From: Chloroflexota bacterium
GTDB taxonomy: Bacteria; Chloroflexota; Dehalococcoidia; Lucifugimonadales; Lucifugimonadaceae
DNA length: 64,000 nucleotides
Assembly: GCA_002718455.1 (NCBI GenBank)
Contig: PBER01000009.1
Location: 15,879 to 79,878, forward strand
Reading direction: 5' to 3'
Under the pieces are notes generated by a model. That model had not been told where the DNA came from and made no database searches. It saw nothing but the letters and a program-made list of their open reading frames with translations. Positions 39,910-48,465 of the stretch are shown here, piece after piece. The stretch's first letter is position 1; the number at the start of each line of letters is the position of its first letter. Position numbers and translations under genes: made by a program.

Positions 39910-40891
39910 GTTAGACAATCAAAAAATATCAATAATTGGAAATGGAGAAGTTGGCTCGGGTATAGGAGCAAGTCTTATAAAATTGAATGAAAACATAATG
40001 GTTAAAGGCTTCGATACACATAAAGAAAAATCTGAAATATCTTTAAAGTCTAATTCAATCACACAGCTAACTAACAACTATGAAGAATGTGTCAAAGATT
40101 CTGACATAATCCTTGTTGCGACGCCTACATCTTCTATATATGAGGTTTTTGAAAACATAAAGGATTATTTATCCAAAAACGTAGTCATCATAGACACTTC
40201 TGATACTAAAAGAGCGGTAAATCAATGGGCTAATGAGATTCTTCCCGAAATAGGGATTATAGGTATAAATCCTTTTAAAAAGAATCAAAGTTTTGAAAAT
40301 ATTTTTTGGGGTGTTGTAAATTATGATAATTCAAATAAAAATACATATGAAGTTGCTTCAAAATTAATTGATGATTTAAGTGGCCAAGTTATAAATATAG
40401 ACATTATGGAACATGATAGCTTTTCAGGATTGGTAGAAACAATACCAATTATTTTAAGTTCTGCTTTAATGAATTTGTCAAATGATAGTAAAAGCTGGAA
40501 AGAAATATATAGGTTCATAGGGAATAGGTTTAATAAATTTACAGATTCATTGGATAATGAACCAATTAATTCTTTTTCATCAATTCTAACTAATAGCGAT
40601 ATGCTACTTGAATGGATAAGGATATATATTACTGAATTACTTAAATTAGAAAAAATGTTAGAAAATAACTCTGAAAATGATATCGCTGATTACATCCAAA
40701 AAAATTGGGAAAACAAGTTGAAAATAATGAACAATATTGATCCTAATGCAAGTCAATCAGCAACAGATTTCATTCCTTCTGCTTCTGAAAATATTTTATC
40801 TCTTTTTGTGGGATCAAGAGCAGCAAAGTTTTTGACAAAAACAAAACCAGCAGTTGAAACAGATAAATATGGCTTTAAAAAGAGAGTTTAA
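39902..40891 (+). CDS. tyrA: prephenate/arogenate dehydrogenase
   Basis: 329 aa. ISIIGNGEVGSGIG Rossmann motif, ILVATP and DTSDTK motifs. Sits immediately upstream of aroA. Confidence 0.7.
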   Translation: MSKLDNQKISIIGNGEVGSGIGASLIKLNENIMVKGFDTHKEKSEISLKSNSITQLTNNYEECVKDSDIILVATPTSSIYEVFENIKDYLSKNVVIIDTSDTKRAVNQWANEILPEIGIIGINPFKKNQSFENIFWGVVNYDNSNKNTYEVASKLIDDLSGQVINIDIMEHDSFSGLVETIPIILSSALMNLSNDSKSWKEIYRFIGNRFNKFTDSLDNEPINSFSSILTNSDMLLEWIRIYITELLKLEKMLENNSENDIADYIQKNWENKLKIMNNIDPNASQSATDFIPSASENILSLFVGSRAAKFLTKTKPAVETDKYGFKKRV

Positions 40892-40896
40892 CTCAA

Positions 40897-42180
40897 ATGG
40901 AATTTTATTTATATAAGTCTAATTCACTTAGAGGTGAAATAACAATTCCTCCTGATAAATCAATGTCTCACAGGGCAGTTATGTTTAATTCACTTGCTGC
41001 AGGAAAAGCTAAAATATCAAATTTTTTAATGGGGGAAGATTGTCTCTCAACAATATCAGTGTTAAAGAAATTGGGTTCAAAGATAGACATTGATAGTGCG
41101 CAAAATGTTATAACTTATGGTCAGGGAATGAATTCACTGAAAGAGCCAAAAGAAATCTTAAATGTAGGTAATTCAGGGACTACAATACGATTAATGTCAG
41201 GGGTATTAGCAGGAAGAAGATTTCGATCAGTTTTAGATGGTGATGAATCTATAAGAAGAAGGCCCATGGGAAGAGTGGTTAAACCTTTAAAGATGATGGG
41301 TGCAAATATTAATGCTAAAAATAATAATGAAAATGCACCTATTGAGTTTAGAGGTGGAGAATTAAAAAATATCGATTATGATATGCCTGTGGCTAGTGCT
41401 CAATTAAAAAGTGCTCTTATTTTGGCTGGTCTCAGATCAAAAGATGGAATCACAATTAATCAACCAGCTCTATCAAGGGATCACACAGAAAGACTATTAG
41501 GTTTTATGGGAGCAACAATAAAAACAAAAGGTTTAAAAATTCAAGTAAAACCATCTAATATCAATGGAGTTGATGTAGTCATACCTGGTGATATATCAAG
41601 TGCTTCTTATTGGCTTGTTGCTGGGTGTATTCATAAGAATGCAGATTTAACAATAAAGAATGTTGGAATCAATGAAACAAGATCAGGAATCATTAGTGTT
41701 CTAAATCGAATGGGAGCTAATATCAAGATGTCTAATAAACTTGATTATTCAGGAGAACCTGTGTGTGATATTAATATCTCAACTAGTAATCTAAAAGCTA
41801 CAATAATATCCGGTGAAGAAATTCCTTTACTAATCGACGAAATTCCAATAATTGCTTTAGCTGCTGTATTTGCTGAAGGAGAAACAAAAATCTCTGATGC
41901 AGAAGAATTACGATATAAAGAATCAGATAGAATATCTTTGACAGTTGAGTGGATGAGAAAAGCAGGTGCAGAAATAGAAGAACTGAAGGACGGTATGATA
42001 ATACAAGGAAACGGTAAAATTACAGGAGGAAAGTTCTCATCACATGGAGATCACAGACTAGCCATGACCCTAGGAATTGCAAGCTTAATATCTGAAAATC
42101 CAATTGAAATAGAAAATCCAGAAGTGTCTAATGTTTCATATCCAAAATTTTGGGAAACATTAAAAATAATAGGTAATTAA
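40897..42180 (+). CDS. aroA: 3-phosphoshikimate 1-carboxyvinyltransferase (EPSP synthase)
   Basis: 427 aa. NVGNSGTTIRLMSG and DHRLAMT motifs. Confidence 0.95.
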   Translation: MEFYLYKSNSLRGEITIPPDKSMSHRAVMFNSLAAGKAKISNFLMGEDCLSTISVLKKLGSKIDIDSAQNVITYGQGMNSLKEPKEILNVGNSGTTIRLMSGVLAGRRFRSVLDGDESIRRRPMGRVVKPLKMMGANINAKNNNENAPIEFRGGELKNIDYDMPVASAQLKSALILAGLRSKDGITINQPALSRDHTERLLGFMGATIKTKGLKIQVKPSNINGVDVVIPGDISSASYWLVAGCIHKNADLTIKNVGINETRSGIISVLNRMGANIKMSNKLDYSGEPVCDINISTSNLKATIISGEEIPLLIDEIPIIALAAVFAEGETKISDAEELRYKESDRISLTVEWMRKAGAEIEELKDGMIIQGNGKITGGKFSSHGDHRLAMTLGIASLISENPIEIENPEVSNVSYPKFWETLKIIGN

Positions 42181-42182
42181 AA

Positions 42183-42758
42183 TTGATCGAGAAAAATACA
42201 GCTAATATTTACGTTATTTCAGGACCATCTGCAGTAGGAAAAGATACAATTATTGAGAATTTACAAAAGTTAGACAATAATTTTCATTTTGTTGTAACAG
42301 CTACAACTCGGAAGCCAAGAAAAACTGAAAAGGAAGGAATAAATCATTTTTTTTATTCTAAAAAAACATTCAATAAATTAATTCAAAATAATGAATTAAT
42401 CGAATGGGCAAAAGTCTATAAAAATTATTATGGAGTTCCTAAATCTCAGATTTTCGAACCATTGAAAAATAATATAGATGTTTTGCTACGCGTTGACGTT
42501 CAAGGAGCAAAAAGAATAAAAGAATTGATTCCTGGCGTTGTTTTAATATTTATAAAACCAGAAAAAATAGAATCACTTAGAAAACGTTTGATCAAAAGAG
42601 GCGTTAATACAACAACGGAAATGACCACTAGATTAAAGACCGCAGAAAAAGAAATTCAAACATCTGATTTTTTTGACTTTATTGTTGTAAATAAAGATGG
42701 AGATCTACAATACGCCGTAAATAAAGTCTTAGATATAATTAAAGATAATAAAAGTTAA
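42183..42758 (+). CDS. gmk: guanylate kinase
   Basis: 191 aa with a TTG start. ISGPSAVGKDT P-loop and TTRKPRKTEKEGINHFF. Confidence 0.88.
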   Translation: MIEKNTANIYVISGPSAVGKDTIIENLQKLDNNFHFVVTATTRKPRKTEKEGINHFFYSKKTFNKLIQNNELIEWAKVYKNYYGVPKSQIFEPLKNNIDVLLRVDVQGAKRIKELIPGVVLIFIKPEKIESLRKRLIKRGVNTTTEMTTRLKTAEKEIQTSDFFDFIVVNKDGDLQYAVNKVLDIIKDNKS

Positions 42759-42917
42759 ACTTATTTTCCTTTCAAAAATTAATATATAATAATGATGAAT
42801 TTGATAACAAATAAAGATGTAGGAAATATTTTAAGATATTATTTGATTCCAAGAACCTATTAAGAATTAGATAAATATTCAGAAAAACTCAAAACGCCTA
42901 ATATAAATACAGTTTAA

Positions 42918-44054
42918 ATGAAAATAAAAAAAATATTATTATCACCACAAGAATTCAAAGAGAGCCTTTCTGGTATAGAAGTGGCAAAAGCTATGAAACA
43001 AGGGATCAGAAATGTGGACAAGAATGTACTCATAGAGCTTTGCCCTGTAGCAGATGGAGGAGACGGGACTTTACAAACATTAGTAGACATAACAGAAGGA
43101 GAACTAATTAAACAACAAGTACGTAATCCATTAGGAAAAATAATTGATGCTGAATGGGGGAAATTAGGTGATAATAAAACAGCAGTTATAGAGATGGCTA
43201 AAGCTTCTGGACTTGCTTTGTTAAAAGAAAATGAAAAAGATCCAATGAAAACATCAACTTATGGGACTGGAGAATTATTCAGATCAGCACTAGATCATGG
43301 AATAAGAGATTTCATTATCGGAATTGGAGGTAGTGCAACTAATGATGGAGGAGCTGGCTTTGCTTCTGCATTAGGAGCTAAGTTTTTAGATATCAACAAA
43401 GATATTGTGATACCAAATGGAGAGTCTGTTGGAAAAATATCTTATATAGACACATCAGGATTAGATAAAAGATTACAAGAAGTTAAAGTCATGGTTGCTT
43501 GCGATGTAAATAACCCTTTATGTGGAGAAAATGGAGCATCAAATATTTTTGGGCCACAAAAAGGAGCAACTGCAGAGACAATAAAAATCTTAGATAAAAG
43601 CTTAAATCATTGGGCAAAGATAATAAAAGATCAAATGAGAAAGGATATTCTGAATGTTCCAGGTTCAGGTGCCGCAGGAGGTTTAGGAGCGGGCTTAATG
43701 GCATTTACAGATGCAGAATTATCAAGCGGATCGGACATTGTACTTGACTATTTAAATTACGAAAAAAAGTTAGAAGGTGTAGATTTAGTTATTGTTGGAG
43801 AAGGCCAGACTGATAAGTCTACGCAATTTAATAAATCCCCAGTTGCAGTATCTATAAGGGCAAAAAAATTCAATATTCCTGTAATTGTCATTTCTGGATC
43901 TTTGGGAAAGGGATACAGTGAATTGAAAAATGTAGGAATTTGTGCATTTTTCAGTATAGTAAATGAACCTATGGATCTACAATATGCAATAAATAATGCA
44001 TATGAATTGATAGAAATTACTACTCAAGAAATATATAAAACTATCTCTCTATAA
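42918..44054 (+). CDS. glycerate kinase
   Basis: 378 aa. SPQEFKESLS...CPVADGGDGT and GIGGSATNDGGAG motifs. Confidence 0.9.
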   Translation: MKIKKILLSPQEFKESLSGIEVAKAMKQGIRNVDKNVLIELCPVADGGDGTLQTLVDITEGELIKQQVRNPLGKIIDAEWGKLGDNKTAVIEMAKASGLALLKENEKDPMKTSTYGTGELFRSALDHGIRDFIIGIGGSATNDGGAGFASALGAKFLDINKDIVIPNGESVGKISYIDTSGLDKRLQEVKVMVACDVNNPLCGENGASNIFGPQKGATAETIKILDKSLNHWAKIIKDQMRKDILNVPGSGAAGGLGAGLMAFTDAELSSGSDIVLDYLNYEKKLEGVDLVIVGEGQTDKSTQFNKSPVAVSIRAKKFNIPVIVISGSLGKGYSELKNVGICAFFSIVNEPMDLQYAINNAYELIEITTQEIYKTISL

Positions 44055-44066
44055 GAGGAGGATAAT

Positions 44067-45278
44067 ATGTTTAGAGACAAAGTAGATTTAGTTATTATAG
44101 GTGGAGGTATTATTGGCTTAGCGACTGCCAATGAAATAATCAAAACAAAAAAAAATATAAAAATTCTTTTGGTTGAGAAAAGTTCTGAGGTTGCTTCACA
44201 ACAATCTGGACATAATTCTGGAGTAATACATTCAGGTATATATTATAAGCCCGGTTCATTTAAAGCAAAATTTTGCGTCGAAGGCAGAGCTTCTATGACA
44301 GAATTTTGCGAAAAAAATGACATACCTGTTTGGACATGTGGAAAATTGATTGTTGCTACCAACAAATCTGATGTAGAAAGAATTGACAATTTATATCAAA
44401 GGGGTACAGCTAACAAAGTAGAAGGTCTTAAAATTTTAACTCCTGAAAAAACTAAAGAGATTGAACCTCATGTTCAGTGTTTAAAAGCTTTACATGCACC
44501 AAAAACAGGAATAGTAGACTATGTTAAAGTTACAGAAGTATACGCTGACAAATTTAAATCCGTGGGAGGAGAAATCTCACTTAATACTGAAGTATTAGGA
44601 GCAAAAATACAAAACAAAAAACTTATCATACATACTAACAAAGGAGATATAGAAAGTAATAAAGTTATTAATTGTGCAGGATTACATTCAGATAGGATAG
44701 CAAAGATTTTTGGATATGATGCGAACTTAAAAATAATTCCATTTAGAGGTGAATACTATACTTTAAAGAAAGAAAAGGAATATTTAGTAAAAGGATTAAT
44801 ATATCCTGTGCCTAATCCAGAATTACCTTTTTTAGGAGTACATTTCACACAGACAATGAAGGGGTTTGTAGAAGCTGGACCTAATGCAGTTTTAGCAACT
44901 AAAAGAGAAGGCTATAGAAAAAGAGATTTTTCATTAAAAGATTCATTCGAAACATTTACGTATAAAGGTTTTTGGAAATTACTTAAAAAGGATTGGCAAA
45001 CAGGATTATGGGAAATTAACAGGTCATTAAGAAAATCTGTTTTTCTAAAAAGTTTAAGATTACTAATCCCTGAAATTGAAAAAAATGACTTACAAGCTGG
45101 AGGATCCGGAGTAAGGGCTCAAGCAGTTGCCCCTGATGGATCCTTAATTGATGATTTTAGAATAGAAAGTTCTGAAAATGCTATACATGTGATAAATGCC
45201 CCTTCTCCTGGTGCCACATCGTCTCTAGTTATTGGAAAACATATTTCTAAAATGGCATTGAAAGAGTTGAATTTGTAA
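44067..45278 (+). CDS. lhgO: L-2-hydroxyglutarate oxidase/dehydrogenase (FAD)
   Basis: 403 aa. Collinear by eye with E. coli LhgO (IIGGGIIG, GHNSGVIHSGIYYKPGS, PFRGEYY, GPNAVLA.KREGYRKRDFS, GVRAQAV.PDG.LIDDF). Confidence 0.9.
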   Translation: MFRDKVDLVIIGGGIIGLATANEIIKTKKNIKILLVEKSSEVASQQSGHNSGVIHSGIYYKPGSFKAKFCVEGRASMTEFCEKNDIPVWTCGKLIVATNKSDVERIDNLYQRGTANKVEGLKILTPEKTKEIEPHVQCLKALHAPKTGIVDYVKVTEVYADKFKSVGGEISLNTEVLGAKIQNKKLIIHTNKGDIESNKVINCAGLHSDRIAKIFGYDANLKIIPFRGEYYTLKKEKEYLVKGLIYPVPNPELPFLGVHFTQTMKGFVEAGPNAVLATKREGYRKRDFSLKDSFETFTYKGFWKLLKKDWQTGLWEINRSLRKSVFLKSLRLLIPEIEKNDLQAGGSGVRAQAVAPDGSLIDDFRIESSENAIHVINAPSPGATSSLVIGKHISKMALKELNL

Positions 45279-45284
45279 CTATTC

Positions 45285-45446
45285 TTATTCAATTAAATAA
45301 GAATCAATAAGGAAAGATAAAGGTATTATTAATATAAAGAAAATTATAATTCCAAATCCACCAGAAACGAGAGCTGAAACAAGTGCAGCTGCAAGAATCA
45401 TTAAGCATAATATTGGATAACCTATTTTATCGTTTTTTATTTTCAT
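45285..45446 (-). CDS. small hydrophobic membrane protein
   Basis: The track ORF 45285..45500 overlaps the tRNA, so it is trimmed to the ATG at 45446, which is preceded by AAGGAG at 5-nt spacing. 53 aa with two TM-like segments. Confidence 0.5.
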   Translation of the reverse strand: MKIKNDKIGYPILCLMILAAALVSALVSGGFGIIIFFILIIPLSFLIDSYLIE

Positions 45447-45461
45447 AAATACTCCTTGTTT

Positions 45462-45553
45462 TGGCGGGAGAGAAAGGGAATCGAACCCTCCTTGATACAA
45501 AGATCAATCATAGTTTTGAAGACTAGAAAATTCACCAGAAAATACTCACTCCC
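45462..45553 (-). tRNA. selC: tRNA-Sec (anticodon UCA)
   Basis: 92 nt: GGGAGTGAGTATTTTCTGGTGAATTTTCTAGTCTTCAAAACTATGATTGATCTTTGTATCAAGGAGGGTTCGATTCCCTTTCTCTCCCGCCA. 8-bp acceptor stem with one U:U mismatch, and a 5-bp T stem with a TTCGATT loop. The anticodon loop CTTCAAA matches E. coli selC. Long variable arm with TTGAT/ATCAA stem, G73 and encoded CCA. The D stem is weak. Confidence 0.8.
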
Positions 45554-45565
45554 TAATCATTTAGA

Positions 45566-45889
45566 TTATACTACAGCGTTTAATTTTTCTTCAAAATGTT
45601 GTTTCCCAACAGCTCCAACTATTTGATCAACAGGTTTCCCATCTTTAAAAATTACATTCATGGGAATTGATCTAACGAAGAATTTTAGAGATAGATTAGG
45701 ATTGCTATCAACATCAACTTTGGCGAATAAAACCTTACCATCAAATTCTTCAGCAAGCTGATCTAATGTAGGAGCAATCATTTTACAAGGGCCACACCAT
45801 TCAGCCCAAAAGTCAACCATTACAGGGATATTTGATTTTTCTACCATTTCTTCAAAATCTGACTCAGTTACATTTATTGGTTTTGACAT
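45566..45889 (-). CDS. trxA: thioredoxin
   Basis: 107 aa. WAEWCGPCK active site. Confidence 0.95.
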   Translation of the reverse strand: MSKPINVTESDFEEMVEKSNIPVMVDFWAEWCGPCKMIAPTLDQLAEEFDGKVLFAKVDVDSNPNLSLKFFVRSIPMNVIFKDGKPVDQIVGAVGKQHFEEKLNAVV

Positions 45890-45904
45890 AATTATTTCCT
45901 TTCT

Positions 45905-48463
45905 TTAGTTTTTATATATTTTTACTTTTTTACACTTTAACAACGGAACCATGGATGAAAAATCAGGATTTTCAGATGCTTCTAATTCAGTAACCATGTT
46001 GGCAAAATAATCAATTTTTGAAATCATTCCTTGTACGGTTCCATTTAAAACAATACTACTTTGAAATTTTTTTCCTTCAAAATCTTCAACAGTTATTTTT
46101 GAATTCTTATTAATTTTATATCGTTTCGCATCATCAGGATGCATGCTTAATAAACTATTTGTAAGAATTTTATTCTTCCCGTTTTCTTTTTCAATTAATA
46201 TTTCTTCTGGTCTATTTAAGATTCTACCTGGTGAATAAATCATGTCCTCATTATTGTATTTATTCTTATCTATTTCAGAAAAAATAAGAACCTTTTCAAT
46301 ATCAGGTTTTTTAATAAAATCAGAATCATTATTTGAAATTTTTGATAGGAGTAGTGAACTTTCTTTTTCAATTAGAATAGATTTTGTATCAAATAATTTT
46401 TCACAGATTTCTGTCACACCTAATAAATTATTATTTACATTATTAACCATTTTAGGTGAAATTTTAATTTTTCCTTCATTATTAATTATTGTTGATTTTT
46501 GTTCAGAATATGTTTTCGTAGGAATCACATAGTCTGATAATTTGAAAAATTGATTTTTCAAGTGATTAGCATATATTAATAGATCCAGCTTATTTCTTAT
46601 TTTATCGAAAGGTTTATCTGAAATTAAATCTGGGCTGACACCATCTCCAAATAAAATCAATGCTTTGATTCGTCCATCATCAATTTTTTCAAATATTTCT
46701 TTTGTTGTAATTGTTTCAGATTTTTTCAAAGAAGCAATTTGATGAAAATTTGATGTGGCCAATCCATAAAATGTTGGATAAATACCTTTTCCAAAACCTT
46801 TAACATTATCTGTTATGATTGCCAAATTTATTAAAGAATTTACATAGTTTTCTGTATCAGAATTCTTTATTACATCATCTCCAAATATAAAAGAAGTTCT
46901 AGTGGATTTAGCAATCAACCTAGCAGATTCATAAATTATATTTTTTGGAACTTGAGTTATTTGTTCAATTTTATTTATGTCAAAATTCCATAAGTAGTTT
47001 TTGAATTCTCTCACATTATCCATTGATACATTTTTACAATTTTCCATAGCCTCATCAAATACAATTTTATTTATTGCATTTATTATTAAGGTTTCTGTAC
47101 CAGGTTTAGGTCGTATCCATATTTTGGCATATCGAGTCAAATCAATTTCTCTTGGATCTATTACAATTAATGAAGAATTTTCTCTAGATGCTTTCTTTAT
47201 TGGTAAAGATAAAAGGTTATTGTCTTCAGTTAAGTTAGAAGATACCACTAAATTACAATTAGAATTTTCTAAATTCCAAACTAAATCAGTGGATGATAAA
47301 AATCCTAATCTCTTTTGTAGAGTATTAAAGTAATTTTTATTATTATAAAATGCCGTAGAAATGTTTTTTGTATCTATTTTTTTTGCCAAATTTAGTAGAG
47401 AAATATTATCTTCAAAGGAAAATCTGGGCGAACCGATAATTGCAATTTCTTCTGGTTTATATTTTTTTAAATTACTATTGAGTTCGTTAAACAAATTATC
47501 ATTAGTCGTAGATTCTAATTTAATTATATTTTTTATATAACTTTTTTTTATACGAGAGCTGGAATTAGGATAATCATAACCAAATTTTCCTTTGTAACAT
47601 AATTGTCCTCTTGTATATTCTGAAGATAAATCACCTTTAAACCTAATTAATTTGTCATTTTTATTTACTTCAACTAATGCATCACAACCACCAGAACAAT
47701 TGAAACATGATGCAGAAAATTCTGTATTTGATTTTTCCCATTTATATTCTCTTTCAACTAAAGCTCCAGTAGGGCAAACATCTATGCAAGCTCCACAAAA
47801 TTCACACCCAGATTCTAATAAAGATGTCCCATTTGAAGTTCCTACCAATGAAACTCCGGATCTGGAAACTAATGATAACGCAGAATCGATTCTGATTTCA
47901 TCACAGACTCTTACACATCTTGCGCAGACTATACACAAGTTATAATCTCTATCATAAAAAGGATCATCAGTGTGAATAGGTAAGTCCCTTCTATTATAAT
48001 TTAAAGGAATTGTCATATCTAATTGAACAAATCTGGCTGTATCTTTTAGTTCACATCTTTCATTTTTAGGACATATTGTACAACGATCTGTTACAGATAC
48101 ATGTCTTTGACATATATCTTGTGGTCCACAAAGTTCAATTCTGTGACAGGTTAAGCATCCATGAGGATGTTCACTCATCAGTAATTCTACAACACCTTTT
48201 CTAAGATCATTTACTTCATCGTTGTTACTAACAACATTCATTTCCGGCGCTGCTGGTGTAGTACAAGAAGCAACAGTCATCTTTCTACCATTTTGTTCAA
48301 CTTCCACTAAACAAGCCCTACATGCTCCATAAGGTTTCATTTTGGGATAATAACAAAGATAAGGTATATAGATATCATTATCCATAGCAACTTGTAAAAT
48401 AGTTTGATCTTTTTTTATATCAAGTTGATTGCCATCTATATTTATTTTTGGTTCTTCTGTCAC
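45905..48463 (-). CDS. NuoG / NAD-dependent formate dehydrogenase alpha-like Fe-S protein with an apparently inactive molybdopterin domain
   Basis: 852 aa. N-terminal 2Fe-2S (CYY..C..C...C), several 4Fe-4S motifs (CIVCARCVRVC, CEFCGACIDVCP) and the MopB cluster CFNCSGGC...LCYKG. The region aligned to the FdhF CARVUHGP site reads NISTAFYNNKNYFN, with no Cys/Sec-His. Confidence 0.8.
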   Translation of the reverse strand: MTEEPKINIDGNQLDIKKDQTILQVAMDNDIYIPYLCYYPKMKPYGACRACLVEVEQNGRKMTVASCTTPAAPEMNVVSNNDEVNDLRKGVVELLMSEHPHGCLTCHRIELCGPQDICQRHVSVTDRCTICPKNERCELKDTARFVQLDMTIPLNYNRRDLPIHTDDPFYDRDYNLCIVCARCVRVCDEIRIDSALSLVSRSGVSLVGTSNGTSLLESGCEFCGACIDVCPTGALVEREYKWEKSNTEFSASCFNCSGGCDALVEVNKNDKLIRFKGDLSSEYTRGQLCYKGKFGYDYPNSSSRIKKSYIKNIIKLESTTNDNLFNELNSNLKKYKPEEIAIIGSPRFSFEDNISLLNLAKKIDTKNISTAFYNNKNYFNTLQKRLGFLSSTDLVWNLENSNCNLVVSSNLTEDNNLLSLPIKKASRENSSLIVIDPREIDLTRYAKIWIRPKPGTETLIINAINKIVFDEAMENCKNVSMDNVREFKNYLWNFDINKIEQITQVPKNIIYESARLIAKSTRTSFIFGDDVIKNSDTENYVNSLINLAIITDNVKGFGKGIYPTFYGLATSNFHQIASLKKSETITTKEIFEKIDDGRIKALILFGDGVSPDLISDKPFDKIRNKLDLLIYANHLKNQFFKLSDYVIPTKTYSEQKSTIINNEGKIKISPKMVNNVNNNLLGVTEICEKLFDTKSILIEKESSLLLSKISNNDSDFIKKPDIEKVLIFSEIDKNKYNNEDMIYSPGRILNRPEEILIEKENGKNKILTNSLLSMHPDDAKRYKINKNSKITVEDFEGKKFQSSIVLNGTVQGMISKIDYFANMVTELEASENPDFSSMVPLLKCKKVKIYKN

Positions 48464-48465
48464 AA

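Noticed and set aside
42759-42917. The largest intergenic gap (159 bp) as an ncRNA, riboswitch or small-peptide locus
   Set aside because: The sequence is very AT-rich with no stable stems or conserved-looking motifs. The 23-codon ORF (MMNLITNKDVGNILRYYLIPRTY) has no SD. It is most simply the promoter region of the glycerate kinase gene.
45285-45500. Full-length 71-aa track ORF
   Set aside because: Its first 18 codons (TTG start) overlap the tRNA-Sec gene. An internal ATG at 45446 has a strong AAGGAG SD, so only the 53-aa version was kept.
45462-45553. The UCA-anticodon tRNA as a sign of UGA reassignment (code 4 or 25) or an opal suppressor
   Set aside because: UGA clearly terminates well-conserved genes here at the expected C-termini, for example pyrD at 5079-5081 and the CurA-like gene at 36338-36340. 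The tRNA also has the 8-bp acceptor, long variable arm and G73 architecture specific to tRNA-Sec.
44067-45566. selC as an integration site of a genomic island
   Set aside because: No integrase, direct repeat of the tRNA 3' end, or foreign-looking genes flank it. The neighbours are lhgO, glycerate kinase and trxA, with the same composition as the rest of the window.
45905-48463. FDH-like large subunit next to selC as a selenoprotein gene
   Set aside because: The 852-codon frame is uninterrupted, with no in-frame TGA. The segment aligned to the FdhF Sec-His site has neither Cys nor His, so it is not a selenoprotein.
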